This document shows, piece by piece, positions 1-9,716 of a DNA stretch of 64,000 nucleotides. A model generated the notes under the pieces. The model was given only the letters and a program-made list of their open reading frames with translations, was not told the origin of the DNA and searched no databases. The translations under genes were made by a program, and so were the position numbers. This DNA comes from Bacillus subtilis subsp. subtilis str. 168. Lineage in GTDB: Bacteria; Bacillota; Bacilli; Bacillales; Bacillaceae. Within the stretch, counting starts at the first letter, position 1. The number at the start of each line of letters is the position of its first letter. The stretch covers positions 3,844,001 to 3,908,000 of the forward strand of contig NC_000964.3 of NCBI RefSeq assembly GCF_000009045.1, written 5' to 3'.

Positions 1-377
1 CAGCGGCCAGACTGTGCTGCATAATAAACAACTTGATCAATCTCTTCAGTATGAATCACAGAAACAGCCCCGTCTCCTTGTCCATATTGATTTCGTACAG
101 GCGACACACTGACAAGAAGCGTAATGGTCCCTTGTACTCTCACAGCATATCGAACACCGATATCTTCTGGTTCCGGCCCAGTCTGGATTAAGCAAGGCTC
201 ACTGATACAGGACAAATTGTCTGTACTCCATGTAACAGCCGCTGACGCTTCGGCCGTATCAACCTTGAAGCCCTCAGGGAAATCTATCGGCACTTGAAAC
301 GGCGCTTCCCGGCTAATTTCCTCATCACAAAAACAGAAACAATTTTCCTGTAAAGCAGAAAGATCATTCTTTTTCAT
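1..377 (-). CDS. ywhL: YwhK paralogue, 5' part only (runs off the window start)
   Basis: Translated by hand from ATG 377: [40 protein letters not shown]...[24 protein letters not shown]; collinear with the YwhK N-terminus; RBS AAGGAC upstream. Confidence 0.9.
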   Translation of the reverse strand, partial: MKKNDLSALQENCFCFCDEEISREAPFQVPIDFPEGFKVDTAEASAAVTWSTDNLSCISEPCLIQTGPEPEDIGVRYAVRVQGTITLLVSVSPVRNQYGQGDGAVSVIHTEEIDQVVYYAAQSGR

Positions 378-415
378 GATTTCACGTCCTTTTAGAAATG
401 CACAACATGCAGCGG

Positions 416-1771
416 TTAAATCGTAATGGCACCCGGTGAAACCCCAAGAGATATCACAGTTTCCTCAGAATAATCATCTGTGTTGTAAACAATGATGCTC
501 TGCTCTATAAAACGAGTTGCATACAGAAAATCGCCATTCGGGGTAAACGCATAGTCTGTTGCTGATTGCGGAACATTTCCTATAACGCCTGCTCCATTTG
601 GACTGACAGAATATAAATTGCCAGTGAAGCCGTCATATAAATACACCTCTGCTCCACTCGTAAACATTCGATATTCCCCTTCATACTCCAGCTCTTGGGT
701 GCTGCTGATGGTAAACGTATTTAAATCAATAACCGTCAAATAATTAAAAAAGAATTCTTGTTCTAATACATAGGCATACCGCTCCGGCCAATTTGTTTCT
801 ATGGTTGATACGATAAGCTCTCGTTCAATTGTTCCTGTGACTTCACCGGTAGTTAGGTCCACTTTTTGCACTATTCCAAAATTCAGAACATAGGCGAATA
901 ACCCATTGGGATCGATTGCAACATCATATCCTTCCACAGGAATCGACCTATCCACAGTTAACGTATCAATTCCAATCACATAAACCGCAGTACCGGTGAA
1001 AACATAAGCAAACTCATGATTAGGGATAAATCTAATCAATCGAGGCGGCTGATCCAGCAATATAGTTGCTGTCACTGTTAATGTGTCATAATCGATGACA
1101 GAAATCACATTATTGTTGGGATGTAAGACAAACACAGCGCTTTTATCTGGCGTAATTTCAATACCTGCCGGATTGTACGGAAGAGCAATCGTTGTCACAA
1201 CAGTATCGGTGTTTGTATCAATCACAGAAACTGATTGATCATTTGGATTCGCTGTAAACGCGTAGACGGGTTCCGGCTCCGGTACAAGCACAATTGTCCC
1301 CGTCACCGATAAAGGACTGCCGTAAAACGGCGGAACAACAACAAGGTTCTCAATCGTGATGTCACTGATATCCGGGCAATCATCCGATTCATCGGAATAA
1401 TAGACGACTTGATCGATTTCTGCATTGTGAATGACGGAAACAGCCCCGTCCCCTTGTCCATATTGATTTCGGACAGGTGAGACACTGACGAGTAGCGTAA
1501 CGGTTCCCTGCAGGCGCACTGCAAATTGAACACCGACCTCATCAGGCTCAGGCCCCGTTTGAATTAAGCAACGGTCACTGACACAAGAAAGGCTGTCTGC
1601 ATTCCACGTCACGTTTGCAACAGCTTCAGCCGGATCAACGACAAACCCTTCAGGTAATTCAATCGGTGCTTGAAACATGGCTTCTCGGCTTGCTTCTCCC
1701 TCACAAAAACATAAGCACTCTTCTTGTTCTGCTCCTGCTTTTTCTTTAAAGGAAAGCTTGTTTTTTCTCAT
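416..1771 (-). CDS. ywhK: Cys-rich N-terminal domain plus YVTN-type beta-propeller protein
   Basis: 451 aa ORF; YVTN-like repeat [22 protein letters not shown]; position next to rapF. Confidence 0.88.
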
Positions 1772-1894
1772 TCCTTCACTTCCTTTTCAGACATACACTG
1801 CTCACGCAGATATAACAGAATATGGAAGGGTAACGTGTTTGCTTGTACAAATTGCTGAGGGTAAACGCTTCTTTTTGAAAATATATCTCCAAAC

Positions 1895-1961
1895 ATGCGG
1901 TGTAACGAAAGAAAAAATTGCGGTTTTTTTGCGCTTCTCACAAGAATGTTGATGATAAAAT
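1895..1961 (+). promoter_or_regulatory. Tripartite ComA box and extended -10 of rapF
   Basis: ATGCGG-N4-ACGAAA-N7-TTGCGG (1895-1923); TG-a-TAAAAT at 1953-1961 with a poor -35; rapF is a known ComA target. Confidence 0.7.
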
Positions 1962-2000
1962 ATGACATATATAGAATTATGAAGGGAGGGATTTGCAAAC

Positions 2001-3146
2001 GTGACAGGTGTCATATCTTCTTCTTCCATCGGAGAAAAGATTAACGAATGGTATATGTACATACGCCGATTCAGCATACCCGATGCAGAATATTTGCGAC
2101 GAGAAATCAAGCAAGAGCTGGATCAAATGGAAGAAGATCAAGACCTTCATTTGTACTATTCACTGATGGAGTTTCGGCACAACCTAATGCTTGAGTACCT
2201 TGAACCGTTAGAAAAAATGAGGATTGAGGAACAGCCGAGACTGTCTGATCTGCTGCTTGAGATTGATAAAAAACAGGCTCGTTTAACTGGTCTGCTTGAG
2301 TACTATTTTAACTTCTTCAGAGGCATGTACGAGCTGGACCAGCGGGAATATCTGTCGGCTATTAAATTTTTCAAAAAGGCCGAAAGCAAGCTGATATTCG
2401 TTAAGGATCGGATAGAGAAAGCTGAGTTTTTCTTTAAGATGTCTGAATCTTATTACTATATGAAACAAACGTATTTTTCAATGGACTATGCACGGCAAGC
2501 ATATGAAATATACAAAGAACATGAAGCTTATAATATAAGATTGCTGCAGTGTCATTCTTTATTTGCCACCAATTTTTTAGATTTAAAACAGTATGAGGAT
2601 GCCATCTCACATTTTCAAAAAGCTTATTCTATGGCAGAAGCTGAAAAGCAGCCCCAATTAATGGGGAGAACTTTGTACAATATCGGGCTTTGTAAAAACA
2701 GCCAAAGCCAATATGAGGATGCCATACCTTATTTCAAAAGAGCAATAGCTGTTTTTGAAGAATCAAATATTCTTCCTTCCTTACCTCAAGCGTATTTTTT
2801 AATTACACAGATCCATTATAAATTAGGAAAAATAGATAAAGCTCATGAATATCATAGTAAGGGAATGGCTTATTCACAAAAGGCCGGAGATGTAATATAT
2901 TTATCAGAGTTTGAATTTTTGAAATCTTTATACTTATCAGGCCCGGATGAAGAAGCAATTCAAGGATTTTTTGATTTTCTCGAAAGTAAAATGTTGTATG
3001 CTGATCTTGAAGATTTCGCTATTGATGTGGCAAAATATTATCATGAACGTAAAAATTTTCAAAAAGCTTCTGCTTATTTTTTGAAGGTGGAACAAGTAAG
3101 GCAACTTATTCAAGGAGGAGTGAGTTTGTATGAAATTGAAGTCTAA
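2001..3146 (+). CDS. rapF: Rap-family TPR regulator, inhibitor of ComA
   Basis: 381 aa; Rap N-terminus IGEKINEWYMYIR; TPR helices; GTG start with RBS AAGGGAGG; followed by a phr gene. Confidence 0.97.
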   Translation: MTGVISSSSIGEKINEWYMYIRRFSIPDAEYLRREIKQELDQMEEDQDLHLYYSLMEFRHNLMLEYLEPLEKMRIEEQPRLSDLLLEIDKKQARLTGLLEYYFNFFRGMYELDQREYLSAIKFFKKAESKLIFVKDRIEKAEFFFKMSESYYYMKQTYFSMDYARQAYEIYKEHEAYNIRLLQCHSLFATNFLDLKQYEDAISHFQKAYSMAEAEKQPQLMGRTLYNIGLCKNSQSQYEDAIPYFKRAIAVFEESNILPSLPQAYFLITQIHYKLGKIDKAHEYHSKGMAYSQKAGDVIYLSEFEFLKSLYLSGPDEEAIQGFFDFLESKMLYADLEDFAIDVAKYYHERKNFQKASAYFLKVEQVRQLIQGGVSLYEIEV

Positions 3147-3249
3147 ACTATTACTCTCTTGTCTGGCTCTAAGCACTGTGTTCGTGGCAACAACTATTGC
3201 AAATGCACCTACACACCAAATTGAAGTTGCACAACGAGGAATGATTTAA
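3130..3249 (+). CDS. phrF: Phr signalling peptide precursor (mature QRGMI)
   Basis: Hand-translated 39 aa MKLKSKLLLSCLALSTVFVATTIANAPTHQIEVAQRGMI; signal peptide; overlaps the rapF stop; RBS AGGAGGAG. Confidence 0.97.
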   Translation: MKLKSKLLLSCLALSTVFVATTIANAPTHQIEVAQRGMI

Positions 3250-3272
3250 CCGCCGTCCATCGGCGGTTTTTT
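3248..3272 (+). terminator. Intrinsic terminator of rapF-phrF
   Basis: AACCGCCG-tccat-CGGCGGTT followed by a T tract. Confidence 0.9.
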
Positions 3273-3347
3273 CGTCCCCTCTTTACCAAAGTCTCCCAAT
3301 CCATGCTATGATCTTTTCAATAATCTTGAAGAGAGTGGAAATGCAGC

Positions 3348-3821
3348 ATGTCTCTAAAAAGTGTGAGAACCCACTTTACTCAATGGAATCGAGAAAATGA
3401 TGTGACGGAGTTCGAAACGTCGAGTGCGACAGTTGAACAGGCAGCTGAGACAATCGGCGTAAGCCTGTCTAGAATCGCCAAGTCCCTGTCCTTCAGAGGG
3501 GAAGGAGATCAGGTGATTCTGATTGTGGCAGCCGGCGATGCCAAGATCGACAACAAAAAGTCCAGGCAAACATTTGGCTTTAAAGCAAGAATGCTCTCTC
3601 CTAATGAGGTGCTGGAGCAGACAGGCCATGAAATTGGAGGAGTTTGCCCATTTGGATTGGCTCATGATCCTGAGGTTTATCTTGATGTATCGCTGAAACG
3701 GTTTCAGACTGTTTTCCCCGCATGCGGCAGCAGAAACTCCGCTATTGAATTAACACCGAAAGAATTATCCGAATTTTCTTTCTCAAAAGTGTGGATTGAT
3801 GTTTGTAAAGACTGGGAATAA
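3348..3821 (+). CDS. ywhH: YbaK/ProX-family aminoacyl-tRNA deacylase
   Basis: 157 aa; IAKSL and TGHEIGGVCPFG motifs. Confidence 0.9.
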   Translation: MSLKSVRTHFTQWNRENDVTEFETSSATVEQAAETIGVSLSRIAKSLSFRGEGDQVILIVAAGDAKIDNKKSRQTFGFKARMLSPNEVLEQTGHEIGGVCPFGLAHDPEVYLDVSLKRFQTVFPACGSRNSAIELTPKELSEFSFSKVWIDVCKDWE

Positions 3822-3850
3822 AAAAACATCCAGACATCGTCTGGATGTTT
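3820..3850. terminator. Bidirectional terminator ywhH/speB
   Basis: AAACATCCAGAC-atc-GTCTGGATGTTT between convergent genes. Confidence 0.88.
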
Positions 3851-3852
3851 AC

Positions 3853-4725
3853 TTATTTCACAAACCCAAGCAGCATTTCACGGATGATTTTGCTGGCTGT
3901 GTTTGCCGTTTGCTCTGAGTGGTCGTATACCGGCGCGACTTCCACTAAATCAGCGCCCTTTACGTTTACCTCTGAACGCGCAATTTCATGGACCGATGCA
4001 AGCAGTTCTTTAGACGTGATGCCGCCGGCGTCAACCGTTCCTGTACCCGGTGCGTGTGCAGGGTCTAATACGTCAATGTCAATTGTGACATAAACCGGAC
4101 GGCCCGCCAGCTTCGGAAGCACCTCTTTCAGCGGTTCAAGCACTTCAAATTTTGAGATGTGCATGCCGTTTTCCTTCGCCCATTCAAACTCTTCTTTCAT
4201 GCCGGAACGGATTCCGAATGAATACACATTGTGCGGTCCGATCAATTCTGCCGCCTTACGGATCGGCGTGGAGTGAGAAAGCGGTTCTCCCTCATAATCA
4301 ACACGAAGATCTGTATGTGCGTCAAAATGGATAATCGCAAGGTCTGGGTATTTCTTGTACATCGCTTTAATGACAGGCCATGACACGAGGTGCTCCCCGC
4401 CCATACCCATTGGGAACTTCCCTTTTTCTAAAATGCTGTCCACGTACTCTTCAATCATATCCAGGCTTCGCTGCGGATTTCCGAACGGCAGCGGAATGTC
4501 GCCAGCGTCAAAGAAGTTCAAGTCAGCCAGATCGCGGTCTAAATATGGGCTGTATTCCTCAAGGCCGATTGACACCTCACGGATTCTGCTTGGACCAAAG
4601 CGTGAGCCCGGGCGATAGCTGACTGTCCAGTCCATCGGCATGCCGTAAAGAATGGCGTCCGCCTCTTCCCACTCGGGACGGCTCGCGATAAATACTTTTC
4701 CTGAATAAGCTTCATCAAATCTCAT
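3853..4725 (-). CDS. speB: Agmatinase
   Basis: 290 aa ureohydrolase; GGEHLVS, DAHTD and DIDVLDP metal-binding motifs. Confidence 0.97.
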   Translation of the reverse strand: MRFDEAYSGKVFIASRPEWEEADAILYGMPMDWTVSYRPGSRFGPSRIREVSIGLEEYSPYLDRDLADLNFFDAGDIPLPFGNPQRSLDMIEEYVDSILEKGKFPMGMGGEHLVSWPVIKAMYKKYPDLAIIHFDAHTDLRVDYEGEPLSHSTPIRKAAELIGPHNVYSFGIRSGMKEEFEWAKENGMHISKFEVLEPLKEVLPKLAGRPVYVTIDIDVLDPAHAPGTGTVDAGGITSKELLASVHEIARSEVNVKGADLVEVAPVYDHSEQTANTASKIIREMLLGFVK

Positions 4726-4748
4726 CTATAATACCCTCGCTTTCCTGT

Positions 4749-4775
4749 AAAAAAGCGCAAGATTCGCTCCTGCGC
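4749..4775 (-). terminator. Terminator between speE and speB
   Basis: Minus strand GCGCAGGA-gcgaa-UCUUGCGC-UUUUUU (8 bp, one G-U pair). Confidence 0.75.
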
Positions 4776-4785
4776 CATACCTTCA

Positions 4786-5616
4786 TTATTTAATCAGGTC
4801 ACTCACAAATTTCGGCAGAACAAACGCCGCTTTATGAATATCTTTTGTGTAATATTTCGTCTCAATATCGAAGAAACGGCTGTCTTCCACTGCAAGCGGA
4901 TCATATTTTTTCGAGCCAATTGTAAATGTCCACAAACCGCTTGGATATGTCGGAATGTTCGCCGTATACAGCTTCGTAATCGGGAAGATTTCCTTCACGT
5001 CGCGCTGTACATTTGTGATTAATTCCGGTGTAAACCATGGGTTGTCCGTCTGCGCAACGAAAATACCGTCTTCTTTCAGCGCTTTTGCGATTCCTGCGTA
5101 GAATCCTTTTGTAAACAGGTTTACAGCCGGTCCGACTGGTTCAGTCGAATCTACCATGATGACGTCATATTGATTTTCAGATTTTGCAATGTGCATAAAT
5201 CCGTCATCTACCTGCACGTCAACGCGCGGATCATCCAGTTTGCCTGCGATAGAAGGAAGGAACTTTTTAGAGTATTCGATAACCTTGCCGTCAATATCTA
5301 CAAGTGTCGCTTTTTTCACGCTTGGGTGCTTCAGGATTTCTCTGATAACGCCGCCGTCACCGCCGCCGACTACGAGAACGTGCTCCGGATTTGGGTGCGT
5401 GAATAATGGGACATGCGCCACCATTTCGTGATAAACGAATTCGTCTTTTTCAGATGTCATCACCATGCCGTCCAAAAAAAGCATGTTGCCGAACTCTTCT
5501 GTTTCCACCATTTCTAAATGCTGAAACTCCGTTTGTTCTGTATGTAACGTCTTGTTAACCTTCATCGTAATGCCAAAGTTTTTCGTCTGCTTCTCTGTGT
5601 ACCAAAGTTCGCTCAA
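4786..5616 (-). CDS. speE: Spermidine synthase
   Basis: 276 aa; [10 protein letters not shown] and MVDSTEP motifs. Confidence 0.97.
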   Translation of the reverse strand: MSELWYTEKQTKNFGITMKVNKTLHTEQTEFQHLEMVETEEFGNMLFLDGMVMTSEKDEFVYHEMVAHVPLFTHPNPEHVLVVGGGDGGVIREILKHPSVKKATLVDIDGKVIEYSKKFLPSIAGKLDDPRVDVQVDDGFMHIAKSENQYDVIMVDSTEPVGPAVNLFTKGFYAGIAKALKEDGIFVAQTDNPWFTPELITNVQRDVKEIFPITKLYTANIPTYPSGLWTFTIGSKKYDPLAVEDSRFFDIETKYYTKDIHKAAFVLPKFVSDLIK

Positions 5617-5817
5617 TTGTCATCTCCCTTTCGAGGCTGTATTCATTTATTGTAAGCGTCTTATCAGCTTTTATTCTCGGTTGAAATCTCATTTTCACCT
5701 AAGGAAAAAGTATAGAGGATGGCGGGGAAAAAGTAAAGATGCGTCCTGTTCTGCGATGTTTAAAAACGATCTTTTTTTCTCATAATAGTAGAAACATAAA
5801 AAAAGGGGGAACCCGTT

Positions 5818-7893
5818 GTGGATGCAATGACAAATAAACGGCTGAGACTGACGCTGAAAACCGTTCGCGCCTTTATCTTTTTAGGGGCTTTTGCGGCCTT
5901 GGCGGCAGCTGCTGTGTTTATGACTGTCATTTTGATAGCCAAATACCAGGGCGCTCCCTCGGTGCAAGTGCCGCAATCCACGATTTTGTACGCGAGTGAC
6001 GGCTCAAAGCTCGGGGAAACGAACTACGGCGAAAAGCGCTATTGGGTCCCCTTAAAGGACATGAATCCGACGATCGTAAAAGCGACAGTGGCGATTGAAG
6101 ACCAGAATTTCTACGATCATCACGGCTTTGATTATAAACGCATGGCCGGCGCGGCGCTTGCTGACCTGAAAGCATTTGCCAAGGTTCAGGGTGCAAGCAC
6201 CATCACCCAGCAATATGCGAGAAACTTATACCTTGAACACGACAAAACGTGGAAACGGAAATGGAATGAGGCGTTCTACACGATCCGTCTGGAACAAAAC
6301 TATTCTAAGGACGAGATATTAGAAGGCTATTTAAATACGATTTACTACGGCCACGGCGCCTACGGCATTGAAGCAGCTTCCCGCCTGTATTTCGGCAAGC
6401 ATGCCAAAAACCTGACGGATGCGGAGGCGGCGCTTTTGGCAGGAATCCCGAAAGGCCCTTCCGGCTATTCACCGTATGTCAATGAGACGAAGGCCAAGGA
6501 ACGCCAGAAAACGATTGTGCGGATGATGGAAAAGCAGCAGATGATCAGCCAAAAGAAAGCGGATGAATTGATCAAGGAACCTCTTTCCTATCAGCCTTTG
6601 AATAAACAAGTTTCCAAGAGAAAGGCTCCTTATTTCTACGACAATGCGATGAGAGAGCTGGAAAAAAAGCTCGGCATGACACGGGAGCAAATTGAAACGA
6701 GCGGGTTAAACGTCTATACAACGGTAGATAAACGGATGCAGCGCATCGCCGAGGAGACCATTACCGAAACGGTTAACGCGGGCTCTGACATTCAAGTCGG
6801 GTTTTCAGCCATTGATCCCCGCACCGGAAACGTTCTCGCCCTTGTCGGCGGCAGGGATTATCAAAAAAGCCCGTTTGACCGGACGACACAGGCGAAGCGC
6901 CAGCCTGCTTCGACGATCAAGCCGTTGCTGTACTATAAAGCGATTCAGAGCGGATTTACGCCAGTCACTTTGATGAAAAGCGAAGAAACCGAGTTTCAAA
7001 TTGATGCAAAGGGAGAAACCTATTCTCCAAGCAACTATAACGGATACTATGCCAACAAGCCGATTACGCTTCTGCAGGCGCTGGCGCTTTCCGACAATAT
7101 TTACGCTGTGAAAACGCATCTTTTTCTCGGCACGAACAAACTTGTAAAGACGGCAAAGGAATTCGGCATTACCGCCCATCTTCAAGCACTGCCGTCCCTG
7201 GCACTCGGCACCGAACCCGTACGTCCGATTGAGATGGTCAACGCCTATGCCATGCTCGCAAATGGCGGAAAGAAAATCGAACCGACTTTTATTTCAAGAG
7301 TAACGGACGCAGCCGGCCACGTGCTGTACGAAAACCCGAATCAGCATAAACAGGTGCTTGATGAAAAAGCCGCTTTTGTCACAGCGAGTATGATGACAGG
7401 CATGTTTGATATCGATTTAAATGGATATACGTCGGTTACGGGGCGAACGATAGCCAACCGCCTGACAAGAACGTATGCCGGAAAATCAGGAACCACCAGC
7501 GCAGACAGCTGGATGATCGGCTTCAATCCGAAGCTGGCCGCCGGTGTTTGGACCGGCTATGACAAAAACAGCACCATCGACTCGGTCGAAGAAAAAAGCT
7601 ATGCTAAAACCATTTGGGCGGACTTCATGGAGGACGCGCTCAAAGGCGAACCGGAAACCGCGTTCAAGCCGCCAAAAGGCGTAACCGGTGTGTACATTGA
7701 TCCGGAAACAGGCTACTCATCAGGTCCCGGCTGCGCCGCTAAGCATTACACATATTTTGTGAAAGGGACAGAACCCGCAAACGTGTGCTACGGGGCAGAA
7801 CCCGCAAAACAAACAAAAGACCGGCTTCCATCCAAAGAAAAGCCCGCTTCCGAGAAAAAGTGGTGGGACAAATGGCTGGGGCGACATCATTGA
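5818..7893 (+). CDS. pbpG: Class A penicillin-binding protein 2D (transglycosylase/transpeptidase)
   Basis: 691 aa; N-terminal TM; EDQNFYDHHG and GASTITQQ; STIK, SDN and KSG motifs. Confidence 0.95.
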   Translation: MDAMTNKRLRLTLKTVRAFIFLGAFAALAAAAVFMTVILIAKYQGAPSVQVPQSTILYASDGSKLGETNYGEKRYWVPLKDMNPTIVKATVAIEDQNFYDHHGFDYKRMAGAALADLKAFAKVQGASTITQQYARNLYLEHDKTWKRKWNEAFYTIRLEQNYSKDEILEGYLNTIYYGHGAYGIEAASRLYFGKHAKNLTDAEAALLAGIPKGPSGYSPYVNETKAKERQKTIVRMMEKQQMISQKKADELIKEPLSYQPLNKQVSKRKAPYFYDNAMRELEKKLGMTREQIETSGLNVYTTVDKRMQRIAEETITETVNAGSDIQVGFSAIDPRTGNVLALVGGRDYQKSPFDRTTQAKRQPASTIKPLLYYKAIQSGFTPVTLMKSEETEFQIDAKGETYSPSNYNGYYANKPITLLQALALSDNIYAVKTHLFLGTNKLVKTAKEFGITAHLQALPSLALGTEPVRPIEMVNAYAMLANGGKKIEPTFISRVTDAAGHVLYENPNQHKQVLDEKAAFVTASMMTGMFDIDLNGYTSVTGRTIANRLTRTYAGKSGTTSADSWMIGFNPKLAAGVWTGYDKNSTIDSVEEKSYAKTIWADFMEDALKGEPETAFKPPKGVTGVYIDPETGYSSGPGCAAKHYTYFVKGTEPANVCYGAEPAKQTKDRLPSKEKPASEKKWWDKWLGRHH

Positions 7894-7894
7894 A

Positions 7895-7925
7895 AATAAC
7901 CCGGCTCCTCGGAGGCCGGGTTATT
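7895..7925 (+). terminator. pbpG terminator
   Basis: AATAACCCGGC-N9-GCCGGGTTATT directly after the stop codon. Confidence 0.8.
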
Positions 7926-8065
7926 CGTATGGTTCCTTCATAATCGATGGAAGAATGTTAGACAATCGAGCTGAACAATCAGTTTTGGGATAAAGTGGTG
8001 AATTTCTCATTTCTTCGGCGCTGGCTTTCATCTCCCAGTCGCCGACTCATATCCCCCTAAAAATG

Positions 8066-8099
8066 AAAAACCCCGAGTCTTGTTTCGGCTCGGGATTTT
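8066..8099 (-). terminator. Probable ywhC-ywhD terminator
   Basis: Minus strand AAATCCCGAG...CTCGGGGTTTTT. Confidence 0.6.
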
Positions 8100-8185
8100 C
8101 CATGTCCTATTTCTGTATCACCAGTTTACTCAATGTTTACGAAAAATATCTCAAATACTTTAAAAGTTCACAAAAAATTCATAAA

Positions 8186-8704
8186 TTAATTGTTTTCTGG
8201 AAGCAGGCTCGTTTTTAACTCATCTGAGGAACGGTCCCATAGGCCCTGATCATGCTTTTTCAGAAATTCGCCTAGTACACGCTTCGAGCTGTCGTCCATT
8301 TTATCAACGATGATTTTCCGTTTCATGGATTTATCCATCAGATTCACATGCTCAGGCAGTGACTTGTAGCCTCTTCTGATGCTTCTGTCGACCGTCATTT
8401 CACAGGCTGTCACACCAGCGTAATAAGGCCCCTCTTCTTTTCTGTCAATCGTTACCCACACAAGCCAGTATGGTTTTCCGTTCGGCACTTCTTCTTTATT
8501 CGGGAGAAATTTAATTCCTTTTTCAACGGTGCTGCGGGCATGCATAGCGCCGATGTCTACGAACGCTTCTTTTTCCTCTACATCAACGAATACGGGAGAA
8601 ATGTTATCAAGGCTGAGTGCCCCTACGCCAAAACCGCCGTGTCCGTCTGTCGGATCACTTTTGATAATATTAAACCCGATTGATTTTTTCTTTTTTTCTT
8701 CCAT
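8186..8704 (-). CDS. ywhD: YwhD-family protein of unknown function
   Basis: 172 aa ORF with RBS AGGAGG; 13 nt downstream of ywhC. Confidence 0.88.
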   Translation of the reverse strand: MEEKKKKSIGFNIIKSDPTDGHGGFGVGALSLDNISPVFVDVEEKEAFVDIGAMHARSTVEKGIKFLPNKEEVPNGKPYWLVWVTIDRKEEGPYYAGVTACEMTVDRSIRRGYKSLPEHVNLMDKSMKRKIIVDKMDDSSKRVLGEFLKKHDQGLWDRSSDELKTSLLPENN

Positions 8705-8717
8705 GAAGTTCTACCTC

Positions 8718-9377
8718 CTACAAAAGCGGTTGAAATATCGCTGAAAACAGCTTTAAAATCGAATCTCTTCCTGCATTGAGCATCGGCCACAGCACGTAAG
8801 ATCCTAGCGGTGTCACAAACAGCACCAAAAATACGATAAAGCCGTAGCTCTCCGCCTGCGTCATTTTGGCACGCACGCCCGGCGGAACGAGATCTTCTAT
8901 AATTCGATAGCCATCGAGCGGAGGAAGCGGCAGCAGATTAAATAAAAACAAGACAAGATTCAGCTGTATCCAAATAGAAAAAAACTGATCCAGCCCCGTG
9001 CTGAACGCCGCAAGCATTTCCATTCCGTACGCATGCATCAACACTAACAAAAAGAAACCAATAAACGCAAGAATCAGGTTACTGACGGGCCCGGCTATAG
9101 ATACGAGCACACCAGCAAGCCGGGGTTTCTTAAAGAAACGGCGATTCACGGGAATGGGGCGCGCCCACCCGAATCCGGCCACCAGAATCAAAATGGTTCC
9201 GAACGGATCAAGGTGTTTAATGGGATTCAGCGTCAGTCTTCCTTGTTTTTTCGCCGTATCGTCACCGAATTTGTATGCGACATAAGCGTGGGCAAGCTCG
9301 TGCATCGTAAACGACACAATTAGCGTGATGACGAGGTATGGCATTAAAGATAACGGATAATATAAAAAACGGTCCAA
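8718..9377 (-). CDS. ywhC: Site-2 protease (M50) family intramembrane metalloprotease
   Basis: 219 aa hydrophobic; HELAH and FNLLPLPPLDG motifs. Confidence 0.93.
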   Translation of the reverse strand: MDRFLYYPLSLMPYLVITLIVSFTMHELAHAYVAYKFGDDTAKKQGRLTLNPIKHLDPFGTILILVAGFGWARPIPVNRRFFKKPRLAGVLVSIAGPVSNLILAFIGFFLLVLMHAYGMEMLAAFSTGLDQFFSIWIQLNLVLFLFNLLPLPPLDGYRIIEDLVPPGVRAKMTQAESYGFIVFLVLFVTPLGSYVLWPMLNAGRDSILKLFSAIFQPLL

Positions 9378-9485
9378 GTGAGATATCCCTCTTTCTCAAA
9401 ATGCAAGAATTTACTTTATTCAGTATACTATAAGAAGCCTCTTTTTCTAAAGAGAGGAAACGAGATAAAGGAGGATTCAGCACCC

Positions 9486-9674
9486 ATGCCATACGTAACT
9501 GTCAAAATGCTCGAAGGCCGTACAGACGAGCAAAAACGCAATCTTGTCGAGAAAGTAACAGAAGCCGTAAAGGAAACAACCGGTGCTTCTGAAGAAAAAA
9601 TTGTTGTCTTTATAGAAGAAATGAGAAAAGACCATTATGCCGTCGCAGGCAAACGCCTGAGCGATATGGAATAA
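9486..9674 (+). CDS. ywhB: 4-oxalocrotonate tautomerase homologue
   Basis: 62 aa MPYVTVKMLEGRTDEQK with catalytic Pro1; RBS AAGGAGG; start trimmed from the 98 aa track ORF. Confidence 0.95.
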   Translation: MPYVTVKMLEGRTDEQKRNLVEKVTEAVKETTGASEEKIVVFIEEMRKDHYAVAGKRLSDME

Positions 9675-9679
9675 TCTCT

Positions 9680-9710
9680 ATAAAGCCGGCGCTTCGCGCA
9701 CCGGCTTTTA
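9680..9710. terminator. Bidirectional terminator ywhB/ywhA
   Basis: AAAGCCGG...CCGGCTTT between convergent genes. Confidence 0.8.
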
Positions 9711-9716
9711 TTATCC

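Noticed and set aside
2940-3129. Internal SigH promoter for phrF
   Set aside because: Expected from the biology of phr genes, but I could not place a convincing AGGA...GAAT pair
5703-5735. Direct repeat GGAAAAAGTA, twice, in the speE/pbpG divergent region
   Set aside because: Each copy resembles a SigF/SigG -10, but no matching -35 lies at the correct spacing; low complexity
7921-8050. Two small minus-strand ORFs between pbpG and ywhD (23 aa at 7979-8050; 36 aa at 7921-8031)
   Set aside because: The SD-like sequences are 0-2 nt from the ATG, the ORFs lie beyond the probable ywhD terminator, and there is no motif; ribosome profiling would be needed
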